From a virus (Duplodnaviria; Caudoviricetes): a stretch of 64,000 nt of DNA. The notes under the pieces were generated by a model. The model worked only from the letters and a program-made list of their open reading frames with translations. It made no database searches and was not told the origin of the DNA. The stretch lies in IMG/VR virus record IMGVR_UViG_3300035502_001274, positions 124,842-188,841 of that record. One strand, written 5' to 3'. Made by a program: the position numbers and the translations under genes. This document shows positions 55,727 to 64,000 of this stretch, piece by piece. Every line of letters begins with the position of its first letter. The stretch's first letter is position 1.

Positions 55727-55739
55727 TTAAGAGAGTGTG
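55727..55739 (-). promoter_or_regulatory. Late-type promoter
   Basis: CACA-ctctct-TAA. Confidence 0.6.
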
Positions 55740-55792
55740 TACGTCCCAATCAATTTCGAGAATGCCTAAATACCGGCTAGATAGGGCCCATG

Positions 55793-55805
55793 AACACCTG
55801 TATAA
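55793..55805 (+). promoter_or_regulatory. Late-type promoter
   Basis: AACA-cctgta-TAA. Confidence 0.7.
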
Positions 55806-55896
55806 CCGTAAAACTACGTAATTTATCGAGATATTTTGCGATAAAGGGATGCATTTCCATCCCTTTTCATTGTCTGTGAAAGGAGGGTTTTACGGC

Positions 55897-56571
55897 ATGG
55901 CAACCACAAGTTATCCGACTCCATTGCCATTGCTTGGCCCCGATGGTAAGCCTCAGTGGCCCATCACCCATGCAGATGCGGTTATCGATGGTGTCAATAA
56001 GAAGAACCCCAAATTCGAAGGCAGCATTTTTCTGAATGGCATCTCCGTGTTCACGACCAGCACCGATTCCAGCGGCCAAGTGGTCGTAAATCCGCTTCCT
56101 GCGGAAAAGGGCGGCACTGGCTATGATTCACTGAACGATCTGGCCAATAAGATTGCGGAGATTCTCGGATTCACGTCCGGAAGTTCGTCCAATCAGACTG
56201 TCGGCATCATTCCCATTGCGAAGGGCGGTACCGGTGAAACGACTGCGGCCGCTGCCTTGACAGCTCTGGGCGCTGCCACTGCTGCTCTCTATACAGTTTC
56301 CATCCCCGTGAACTGGACTGAAAGCGAAGTCAACGATGCAACGCAGTACACCCAGACGATCACGGTCAGCGGCATCAAGTCCACCGACGTTCCTGTCGTG
56401 GGCGTGATTCTGTCCTCTGATGTCTCGGCAGCTGTGCTGCAGGGCAAAGCTTTTGCCAATGTCAATCGCATTACCACTGCTAACAACTCCATCACGCTGT
56501 ATTGCTATTCCCAGAAGCCTACCACCGCCGTGACAATTCAATTACTGGTGGTACGCGGCTTTACCACCTAA
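55897..56571 (+). CDS. Tail fibre protein
   Basis: WPITHADAV N-terminal motif, KGGTG repeats, tip domain shared with 3518-4693. Confidence 0.78.
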   Translation: MATTSYPTPLPLLGPDGKPQWPITHADAVIDGVNKKNPKFEGSIFLNGISVFTTSTDSSGQVVVNPLPAEKGGTGYDSLNDLANKIAEILGFTSGSSSNQTVGIIPIAKGGTGETTAAAALTALGAATAALYTVSIPVNWTESEVNDATQYTQTITVSGIKSTDVPVVGVILSSDVSAAVLQGKAFANVNRITTANNSITLYCYSQKPTTAVTIQLLVVRGFTT

Positions 56572-56595
56572 TAAATTGAAGGAGGAATTCCATCT

Positions 56596-57552
56596 ATGAA
56601 ACTCGTGTTTCGTGACCTGAACGATCTCGAGTTGCATGTCCTGAATAGCCCGGCAATTCGGTTCTCCGGTCTGGAGTGCCGTAGTGCCAGCTTTGCTCTG
56701 GAAGGCAACCTCGTTCTGGAAGAGGGGAAGACTCTGACCGGCGTGATCGACTTCATGGCCGACGATGACATGCCTCTCAATAGTTTCACCGTGGAAGATT
56801 TCCTGCGGTATGAACTGAGCAACTTTGATGACAGATGCAACCTGTTGCTGACCCAGGAGCCCATTCCCGAGCCGGCACCTGAACCCGATCCTCCCACGGA
56901 GGAAGAGTTGCTGGCATCTGCCAAGTCTGGTCGTCAGGACCAGATTTACTCCGAGATGAATAACGCCATTCTGGCGGGCATTGATGTGGAAACGTCATAT
57001 GGCCAGGAGCACTTTAGCCTGAACGAGAGCGATCGGGTGCTGCTGATGGGCATTTACTCCATGATGCAGCAAGGCATTACTGCGTATCCCTATCACTCCA
57101 TCAGCGCCGAAAGCAACTCCAATAACATCTGCACAGTCTACAGCGATGAAGACTTCGGCAAGATTGCCACGGCTGCGTTCGGCTTCATTACCTTCCATGA
57201 GAGCTATGCCAACATGCTGGTACAGTGGCTGGATCGGGAGACTGACTACAACGAGGTTTACAAGATCCAGTACGGCGCTACGCTGCCCGATGATCTGATG
57301 GATTATCTGGTCATGATTCTGGCGTCTGCCGGCATTGGCCCGGAGATGATTCCTGGCTATACCGCTGAGAGCACTGATGCCTCTGAAGAGAGCGGCGACG
57401 AGTCTGACTCTGAGGAAGGCGAGACAACTGAGGATATCGGTGAGGATGCTAGCTCTGAAGATGGTGAGCCCACCGAGGAAGCTGGCGAAGCTGCCGAGGG
57501 CACTGAAGAAGCCGGCGAAGACGCTGCTTCTGAAGAGCCTGCTGCGGAATGA
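56596..57552 (+). CDS. Tail fibre assembly chaperone-like protein with acidic tail
   Basis: AILAGIDV..EHFSL..D; YHS...CTVYS; IQYGATLP pattern; directly follows the fibre gene. Confidence 0.65.
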   Translation: MKLVFRDLNDLELHVLNSPAIRFSGLECRSASFALEGNLVLEEGKTLTGVIDFMADDDMPLNSFTVEDFLRYELSNFDDRCNLLLTQEPIPEPAPEPDPPTEEELLASAKSGRQDQIYSEMNNAILAGIDVETSYGQEHFSLNESDRVLLMGIYSMMQQGITAYPYHSISAESNSNNICTVYSDEDFGKIATAAFGFITFHESYANMLVQWLDRETDYNEVYKIQYGATLPDDLMDYLVMILASAGIGPEMIPGYTAESTDASEESGDESDSEEGETTEDIGEDASSEDGEPTEEAGEAAEGTEEAGEDAASEEPAAE

Positions 57553-57556
57553 TCTT

Positions 57557-57635
57557 ATGAGACTAGATGCGCATGCATCTAGTCTCATTTTCAAGCAAAA
57601 AAGAAGAGTAGAAGCAAATGCTTCTACTCTTCCTT
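57557..57635. terminator. Back-to-back terminators of convergent genes
   Basis: ATGAGACTAGATGC/GCATCTAGTCTCAT and GAAGAGTAGAAGCA/TGCTTCTACTCTTC. Confidence 0.8.
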
Positions 57636-57641
57636 GGTCAC

Positions 57642-58367
57642 TTAGTCGTCTTCGTACCGACGATCAGTGAAGCGGGGAATGGGACGGTTGTCCACCCGGC
57701 TGCCGCGAGAGCCTTCCAGATACTTGGTGACCTTGAATGCGGTCAGAGCCAGCCGCTCGCCCTTGTTATTGTACTTGCAGGCGACCTCGACCCGGCAACG
57801 CCGTGCACCTTTCTCGGAGCCATAGGCATCCTGGAAGCCGCGATTGTCGCTGTCAAACAGCCGCTGCAGCACCCGAACGATGTCCACGGGGATGCCCACG
57901 ATGGAATGGTCATCACGGATGTTCTGGACGATCTGAATCAGCTTCTTCCGAGAGATCTCGGAGCCATCGTCGCGGTGGGTGGGAGCAAACCGGTCAGCGA
58001 AACGCTTCAGCTCATCGCTGTAACGGTCCATCTGGGGATTGATGACCAGGTCAGCGCTGACCGTGCGAGACTTGTCAACCAGATGCTTGCTGTCCCGCTT
58101 CAGCCAAATGTAGGTGCGAGGCACCCGAGAGCCTTTCAGACCCGGCTCAATGGTCACGGTGCGGATTTCTTCACGGCCGAGGAACTCCTCAGCAACCTGC
58201 CGCACATAGCGCTCCATGTCTTCCAGCAGAATGTACCATGTGCATTCGCTCGGAATCAGATCCATCGCATTGAACATGGTGGGAGCGTTGCGGAGCACTT
58301 TCAGCTCGCGCTTGATTTCTTCGGACAACGAGCTCTTCTCGATGTCACCAGGTGTGGTGTTTGCCAT
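57642..58367 (-). CDS. Early hypothetical protein
   Basis: 241 aa; strong codon bias; early promoter upstream. Confidence 0.78.
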   Translation of the reverse strand: MANTTPGDIEKSSLSEEIKRELKVLRNAPTMFNAMDLIPSECTWYILLEDMERYVRQVAEEFLGREEIRTVTIEPGLKGSRVPRTYIWLKRDSKHLVDKSRTVSADLVINPQMDRYSDELKRFADRFAPTHRDDGSEISRKKLIQIVQNIRDDHSIVGIPVDIVRVLQRLFDSDNRGFQDAYGSEKGARRCRVEVACKYNNKGERLALTAFKVTKYLEGSRGSRVDNRPIPRFTDRRYEDD

Positions 58368-58444
58368 AGTTAAACATACCCTTTCGAAATAAAATTGCTA
58401 TACTGGGTGGTGACGGCCAAATTTCAAATCTGGCCATCGCTATA

Positions 58445-58459
58445 CGTGGAAATGATATC
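58445..58459 (-). promoter_or_regulatory. Early-type promoter
   Basis: GATATCAT-ttcc-ACG. Confidence 0.55.
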
Positions 58460-58529
58460 TGGTTGATTACTCTATTAAGGAGAGCTCAATCCTTTCTTTC
58501 ATATTTCCTATTGAAACTGTAGGGTGGAT

Positions 58530-58542
58530 GACATTATTTTAA
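58530..58542 (+). promoter_or_regulatory. Late-type promoter
   Basis: GACA-ttattt-TAA. Confidence 0.65.
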
Positions 58543-58597
58543 ACAGGCTCGACATTAGCATGCTAATGCCAAATTTTAGCCGGAGGAGATTTGACAA

Positions 58598-59506
58598 ATG
58601 GATTTCGTGAATCAGCTCTCTTCCTGTGTGCTCGACACGACTCTTCAGGAAGAATGCCAGGCTTCTATGGAAGGCTACCTGGACGACCTGCGCAGCATGA
58701 ATGCTGCCGTCGAAGCGGACGAAGGAAAGCCCAACAGGGCCGCCGCTATCGTAGCGGCGATTAAGAAATTCTGCAGTGACGCTAAGACCCGCCTTTTGGA
58801 ACTGGCTGGCAACATCATCAGGCGCCTGGGCGAGATCATTGGCACGTTGGGCAACCTCATTCATGTGGGTAATGTCAATGCGCCCAATGAGATGGCCGAA
58901 GCCTACAAGAAGATGGCCGACGGCATGGAGGATATCACTGCGAACTCTGGTACTATGGTCAACGATATGACGAAGTATCTTCAGATGTATAATGACTCTG
59001 CACGTCGCGCTGCATATACGGGTCGTATGGACTTTGCCGATAATATCCGTAAAGAAAATGACACGATGAAGGAGAAAGTCAAGAAGATCGCTGAGTACGA
59101 TGTGCTCAAAGGCCGCTCTGTGAAGGACTACATCGCGACGCTGGAAGAGAAGAATGGCCGTACTGCAGTCATCAATCCTTCTCAGGAACAGCGCAAAATT
59201 TCTGCCTGGCGAATGAAATGGCAGCGCATTCGGTCACAACTGCAGTCCACTGGCCAGCTCACCGAGTTGTCATTCTTGACTGCCGAGAACAACTCGCGCA
59301 ATGACACTGAAAAGAATGCTCTGAAGGGCGTTCATGCTCAGTTTGCGCAGATCTACAACTCTGCCATGGTGAAGGTTACTGGCGCTCTGACCATCATCTC
59401 CCATCTCCAGCAATACATCTCTGGATTCGTGATGATTGCTCGGAGCAAGGTCCCTGTCAATAAGGGCACCATCCACGAGAAGCCCGCTGGCTATCTCAAT
59501 GCGTGA
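58598..59506 (+). CDS. Putative inner-head protein
   Basis: ASMEG and AAVEA motifs followed by an amphipathic helix; GGAGG SD. Confidence 0.62.
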   Translation: MDFVNQLSSCVLDTTLQEECQASMEGYLDDLRSMNAAVEADEGKPNRAAAIVAAIKKFCSDAKTRLLELAGNIIRRLGEIIGTLGNLIHVGNVNAPNEMAEAYKKMADGMEDITANSGTMVNDMTKYLQMYNDSARRAAYTGRMDFADNIRKENDTMKEKVKKIAEYDVLKGRSVKDYIATLEEKNGRTAVINPSQEQRKISAWRMKWQRIRSQLQSTGQLTELSFLTAENNSRNDTEKNALKGVHAQFAQIYNSAMVKVTGALTIISHLQQYISGFVMIARSKVPVNKGTIHEKPAGYLNA

Positions 59507-59511
59507 ATTAA

Positions 59512-59547
59512 AGAAGCTACTACCGCAGGGTAGTAGCTTCATTTTTT
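59512..59547. terminator. Bidirectional terminator
   Basis: GAAGCTACTACC/GGTAGTAGCTTC. Confidence 0.82.
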
Positions 59548-60829
59548 AGCCGGAAACTGCGCCTGTCTCAGCGTCATAGTCTCCTTGAGATAATATATCG
59601 ATAGTTCCCGAGCGCCAGAGCTTCAGCACGCATACTCGAGACCCGTTCAGATCATCGATCAGCGGGATATACAGATAGTTGACAGTCGTTCCGTCATCGG
59701 CTTTGGGCTGAATGACCAGGAACTCGTTATAATAGGTATAGCCGCCAATGTTGGCCATTCGCATAAAGGCCATATTGGTGTAGCGATTTGCCCGATACTG
59801 CTTGTGCGTGTAGATGAAACTGAGCGCCTTATTCAGATCAAACATGTCCTGGACGTCAGGTTCGTCTTCAGGAGCAGTGCTCTTGGAGAACCGATCAATC
59901 ATGTCGTAGTTGTCGAGTTCATCTTCCAGCTCCGATTCAGTTGCTGGCAGATTGCTCATGGCTTTATTGAAGACGTCCTGGAAGGTCGCCATGGTGAGGT
60001 CTTTGGTCAGCACAAACATGTCTGTCTCAGCATCGGCGCTGTTTTGCAGTTTGCCAAGTTCGCCGAGATAGAAGTGGATATATACCCAACACATGTATGC
60101 AATGACAGAGCGCAAGTTCGCAAACTTGGGATTATCATTCATATTCCGTGCCAGGGTGCGCATAGTATCTAGGTCGGTGGTCTTGAAGTCCTCGCTGTAG
60201 ATCATATCCGCATTGAGCAGCAGGTCATCTACGATGCGATGTTCCATTACCATTTCTCGCATGGTCTTCTGAACGAAGTTCCAAGCATTGACCAGAGCGG
60301 CATTGCACCAGCTACGATGTGCCGGCTCCACTTCAGCTTCTACGTTCTCCTCTTTGGCTGCCAAGAGCTCTTCGGAGAAAGGCTTCTTCAGTGTGCCAGT
60401 GTAGGGAACGATGGGTCGGCACGCACAGACGACGCTCTCTTCCAGTGCTTTCTCAGCCTTCTGCTGGTCTCTGATGCGAATTCGGAGTTCGTCAAGATAG
60501 CCCACGAAGCCTTCATTCCAGTCGTAGGGAGCGCTGCCGATGGGATGCCTTGAGTAGACCAGTTCCTGAATATCATCCAGGCTGGACTTCAGTTGCCGGT
60601 AAGTCTTGGCTTCTTCAATGCGGCGGAGTAGATAGCCATGTGCCAGCAGCTGATGCAGCAGCGGAACATGCTCGGTATTCAGGATCATCGTTTCAATCCG
60701 TTGCTTTTCATCATGGAGCGTCAGTTCTCGCACTACCTTGATGCCTTGGCTCAGCAGCTGGAATTCTTTATCCTCGTTGGTAGGTTCATACAGGTAATCT
60801 TCAATCACCTGGTAATTATCAGGGATCAT
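59546..60829 (-). CDS. Putative virion protein
   Basis: Late promoter; KALEE and PATES motifs. Confidence 0.6.
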   Translation of the reverse strand: MIPDNYQVIEDYLYEPTNEDKEFQLLSQGIKVVRELTLHDEKQRIETMILNTEHVPLLHQLLAHGYLLRRIEEAKTYRQLKSSLDDIQELVYSRHPIGSAPYDWNEGFVGYLDELRIRIRDQQKAEKALEESVVCACRPIVPYTGTLKKPFSEELLAAKEENVEAEVEPAHRSWCNAALVNAWNFVQKTMREMVMEHRIVDDLLLNADMIYSEDFKTTDLDTMRTLARNMNDNPKFANLRSVIAYMCWVYIHFYLGELGKLQNSADAETDMFVLTKDLTMATFQDVFNKAMSNLPATESELEDELDNYDMIDRFSKSTAPEDEPDVQDMFDLNKALSFIYTHKQYRANRYTNMAFMRMANIGGYTYYNEFLVIQPKADDGTTVNYLYIPLIDDLNGSRVCVLKLWRSGTIDILSQGDYDAETGAVSG

Positions 60830-60864
60830 TTACGTTCACCGCTTTCTTTAAGTAGTGATTACAG

Positions 60865-60877
60865 TTAAGGATTTGTG
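60865..60877 (-). promoter_or_regulatory. Late-type promoter
   Basis: CACA-aatcct-TAA. Confidence 0.6.
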
Positions 60878-60909
60878 CGGCAGTTGCTTGTCTGAAAGCC
60901 ATACTTTTC

Positions 60910-60922
60910 GACAACGCTTTAA
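60910..60922 (+). promoter_or_regulatory. Late-type promoter
   Basis: GACA-acgctt-TAA. Confidence 0.7.
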
Positions 60923-60961
60923 TCTATATGAGAAATCATCCATGAAAGGATGTGCAATATC

Positions 60962-62311
60962 ATGGCAAATTACGCGGATAAGCTGGTTGTAGCAGAGCAG
61001 GCCATCTCTGATTTTATCAATGGAAAGCTTCAGATTGGCGGCCTTGAAAAGCGGCTCTCTGCATCCATATCTTCGTGCAACTTCAATAATAGAAAGAATA
61101 CCTTCGAGGTGAGCATCATCAGGACCGATGCATCCAAGGAGCCCTTCTTCGGCGCCAGAGTATATCCGGCTCTGGATCTCCTGGATGAGATCATCGAGGA
61201 TACCGTGGTGAACTGCAAGCCTTTCAAAGACCTGCGCATTGCCTGGCAGCATATCGACAAATGGATCATCGAACTGGACAGCGCCATGTTTGACCGTGAG
61301 ACGATCTCCCTGGTTCCCAAGGAAATTCTGGCGGCCATCATTCACGAGATCGGCCATACTGTGTATTCCGACCATGTCATTGAGCGTTTCTATCGCTGCT
61401 ACAAGAGCATGCGGATTCACATGAAATGCGCCGAGAAAGACACCGTGAAGCTGGGCTATGGCTTGTTCAGCATCCCTCTGGCGCTGTCCTGTGGCATCAG
61501 AAGCTGGGCTCGTGGACGGAATGGCATCAAAGAGGAATTCTTCGCTGATAACCTGGTCAAGGACTGTGGCTATGGCGAGTTCTACATCTCTCTGCTCAAT
61601 AAGATCATTGAGGCGTATGGCAATGCCACTTCTGAGACCAGTGAAGCAGAGAGCGATAACCGCATCTCTGAGCGGGTTCGCTGGGCGTCTATCAACATCG
61701 TGGATACGACCCGGCGGAAGAATAACCTTTCCAATGAGATGTATCTGTCGGCGGCCAGCACGCCCAGTCAGTACATGAAGGCACTGTATGCCAAGGTCAT
61801 GAACGATATGGGTGTCAATCTGCGGGAACGATACACTGGTGATGCTGTGGAGTGCAGCGTAGAGCTGTTTAACCGGCCTGATGTGCTGAAGGCCTATGAG
61901 GTCACATGCGATACCAACGCGTATCGTACCTGGGACTCCTGCATTGAGAGCACATTGCATCGGTCCAAGTATACGCCTGGTACGGCGGCCTTCGAGTCCA
62001 TTCTCAAGGGCAAAGCCAAGCAGGGCCTGCCTTCTTGGATCGAGATCGACCGCATTCAGATCGAGATCGACCGGATGACGAACCACCATGACAGGGAGTT
62101 CGTGCTGGATATGATTTACAGCAAGATCGATGATATCAACGAGTTCATGGACTACGTTGGTACCGATCCCAATATGCGGAAGCGGTATGAGCCGGAAGCT
62201 ATCAGAATGCTGGATGCGCTCAACGATATGCGGGAACAGGTTCTGCGGCGCAACTCTTTTGCCACCAAGTACAAGGTGTTTGTGAAGTGCCCTGAGGGGT
62301 ACGAAGGCTAA
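60962..62311 (+). CDS. Zincin-like metallopeptidase-domain virion protein
   Basis: EILAAIIHEIGH with downstream EEFFAD; DAVEC and AAFES motifs. Confidence 0.72.
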   Translation: MANYADKLVVAEQAISDFINGKLQIGGLEKRLSASISSCNFNNRKNTFEVSIIRTDASKEPFFGARVYPALDLLDEIIEDTVVNCKPFKDLRIAWQHIDKWIIELDSAMFDRETISLVPKEILAAIIHEIGHTVYSDHVIERFYRCYKSMRIHMKCAEKDTVKLGYGLFSIPLALSCGIRSWARGRNGIKEEFFADNLVKDCGYGEFYISLLNKIIEAYGNATSETSEAESDNRISERVRWASINIVDTTRRKNNLSNEMYLSAASTPSQYMKALYAKVMNDMGVNLRERYTGDAVECSVELFNRPDVLKAYEVTCDTNAYRTWDSCIESTLHRSKYTPGTAAFESILKGKAKQGLPSWIEIDRIQIEIDRMTNHHDREFVLDMIYSKIDDINEFMDYVGTDPNMRKRYEPEAIRMLDALNDMREQVLRRNSFATKYKVFVKCPEGYEG

Positions 62312-62323
62312 ACACCGATGTAA
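62311..62323 (+). promoter_or_regulatory. Late-type promoter of the holin
   Basis: AACA-ccgatg-TAA. Confidence 0.68.
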
Positions 62324-62350
62324 GTTATTTGGAAAGGAGTCATATACGCT

Positions 62351-62629
62351 ATGAAAGCTTCGACCGGTACCATTGTCCGGACCGTCCTGTTGATCATCGC
62401 GTTGATCAACATGGCTCTGTCCACCCTGGGCATCGTGCCCGAAGAGATCGTTGGCAATACCCAGGCCTATCAGATCGGCTCTTATATCGTGACGGCTATC
62501 ATATCTTTCATCACCTGGTGGAAGAATAACAGCTTCACCGATGAGGCGATCCTGGCCGATGAGTATTTGAAAGCTCTGAAAGAGCAAGGCTCTGGTGAAG
62601 AAAGCTCCAGCGATACCGAGACCAAGTAA
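62351..62629 (+). CDS. Holin, SPP1 family
   Basis: GTIVRTVLLIIALIN...WWKNNSFT..A..AD signature; two TM segments. Confidence 0.88.
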   Translation: MKASTGTIVRTVLLIIALINMALSTLGIVPEEIVGNTQAYQIGSYIVTAIISFITWWKNNSFTDEAILADEYLKALKEQGSGEESSSDTETK

Positions 62630-62631
62630 GC

Positions 62632-62665
62632 AAAGAAGCTACTACCGAAAGGTAGTAGCTTCTTT
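62632..62665. terminator. Bidirectional terminator
   Basis: AAAGAAGCTACTACC-gaaa-GGTAGTAGCTTCTTT. Confidence 0.88.
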
Positions 62666-62670
62666 AAGCG

Positions 62671-63999
62671 TCATTCAATGCCCAGTTTATTCTTGGCCAT
62701 CTGGACGTAGTTATCGCGGAAAGCACAGATCGGATCTTCCTCGGTGTAAGGAACGATCTTGGCCTCTTCAGAGGCATCGATGTGGGTAGCTTTGAGCCGC
62801 TCCACGAGTTCATCGTCGTGAATAGCGGAATAGTGCCACTTGAGCGCATACATGGTCACTTCGCGCATCATGTATACGACCCAATCAGCGTCTTCAGCGC
62901 CAAAGTCCTTCTCAGTTGCCAGAGATGCTTCAGCAGAGCCGTCATTTTCAACCTCGATGTTGATAGACGGCAGGACTCGCAGAGAATTGCGGCCATCGCC
63001 CAGGATATAGCGTTGGAAGAGCGTATTGAAAGTGTCTTCCTGGCTTGAGTTCTCAATGACCCGCTCTGTGAAGAACCAGTTGTAGAGCATACACTCCTTG
63101 TCGATGCCGATATTGTCAGGGCTGAACTCATAGACCGAGCGGTACATGGTAGCCGCCTCGCAGAGGACTGACTGGATAACGTTGCTCTGAAGTGATGCAT
63201 GAGCAGCCTTCAGGCAGGTTGCAAAGTCACTGATGTTATCATCTTCAGTGCGCTCTGCAATGGGATAGGAGAAATGATGGATCTGGTTGCTGTCGTCTAC
63301 CAGGCCAATATAGGCAATCATTGAATTATCCCGTTTGATTGTAATGATACCAGGCAGCACGGACTTGATGCGAATGGGATCTACGTTGGTAAAGAGCGGA
63401 TCTTCGATGGGCTTCTGCCGAGCCTCAATCACAATGTCCGTCAGAGAATTGAGAATGTCGAACTCGGCCATATCGAAGGCTGTAATGGGAATGGTATCAT
63501 GCGTTACCGGTGGATAATAGGGCATGGTAACTCTGGCACCGCTGGACATCTTGCGATCCAGGCCGGTATTGGTGAGATACCGATTGAACTCATGCAAGGA
63601 TTCATCGGTGCCCAAGCAGCCAGAGAATACTTCGCCAGACAGCTCGTCTTGATAGAGCCGCCGATCGATATCGTGGTACGTTCCATCGTTCTCATCAAAG
63701 AAGAGTGATGGGCATCGATTGCTGCGATATTCACCCTTGCAGATATCACCTTCCTCCAGAGAAGTCCATTCTTCTTTGGTTTCTTCACTGAAGGGTTGAA
63801 TAGCAGTCAGCGGCTTCCGCTTGACGATTCGACGAATGCGGCTCAAGAGCAGTTCCAGGCCAGCGAAATCGTTGATGATTTCATCATGCTGGTCGATGGC
63901 GTCCATCAGTTGAGGCAGGATTTCCTGCATGGCGCCCAGGTAGCACGAGCCAGGATCGTCGGTCTTTTGAAGTAATTGCAGTTCGTTCTCTGCAAACTC
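62671..63999 (-). CDS. 5'-truncated hypothetical (possibly virion) protein
   Basis: Frame stays open to the window edge; LATEK motif. Confidence 0.7.
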   Translation of the reverse strand, partial: EFAENELQLLQKTDDPGSCYLGAMQEILPQLMDAIDQHDEIINDFAGLELLLSRIRRIVKRKPLTAIQPFSEETKEEWTSLEEGDICKGEYRSNRCPSLFFDENDGTYHDIDRRLYQDELSGEVFSGCLGTDESLHEFNRYLTNTGLDRKMSSGARVTMPYYPPVTHDTIPITAFDMAEFDILNSLTDIVIEARQKPIEDPLFTNVDPIRIKSVLPGIITIKRDNSMIAYIGLVDDSNQIHHFSYPIAERTEDDNISDFATCLKAAHASLQSNVIQSVLCEAATMYRSVYEFSPDNIGIDKECMLYNWFFTERVIENSSQEDTFNTLFQRYILGDGRNSLRVLPSINIEVENDGSAEASLATEKDFGAEDADWVVYMMREVTMYALKWHYSAIHDDELVERLKATHIDASEEAKIVPYTEEDPICAFRDNYVQMAKNKLGIE

Positions 64000-64000
64000 T

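Noticed and set aside
1-64000. Stop-codon reassignment, introns or inteins in core genes, integrase or IS elements, CRISPR arrays
   Set aside because: Core genes are intact and densely packed under the standard code; no such motifs were seen

Overview
This window is a ~64 kb segment of a jumbo bacteriophage of the phiKZ/AR9-like type, with no recognisable host chromosome content. It uses the standard genetic code and strong Firmicute-type Shine-Dalgarno (SD) sequences; together with an SPP1-type holin and an amidase this suggests a Gram-positive host (inference). Recognisable genes: GroEL-like chaperonin, SF2 helicase, SbcC/Rad50 ATPase, dNMP kinase, tubulin (PhuZ/TubZ-like), RecA, two different RNA polymerase beta C-terminal subunits, type IIA topoisomerase A and B subunits, a MazF/PemK-domain fusion, amidase, holin, fibre/baseplate/neck proteins, and several putative inner-head proteins carrying A-x-E maturation motifs. 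Two phage promoter classes can be read directly from intergenic DNA: early-type ATAT(C/T)AT-N4-RTG and late-type NACA-N6-TAA. Using them, the most unusual signals are: (1) a ~350-nt late non-coding transcript rich in anti-SD and anti-start-codon segments, including a 16S 3'-end look-alike; (2) a second ~350-nt structured late ncRNA; (3) a 1502-aa putative polyprotein (nuclease, SNF2 helicase, Cys-His domains) with A-x-E sites at the domain borders; (4) a promoter-less, SD-less, AT-rich cassette behind a structured element loosely resembling group II intron D5/D6; (5) a 40-aa highly acidic early peptide missed by the ORF track. All calls come from reading motifs by eye; no database searches or folding programs were run.
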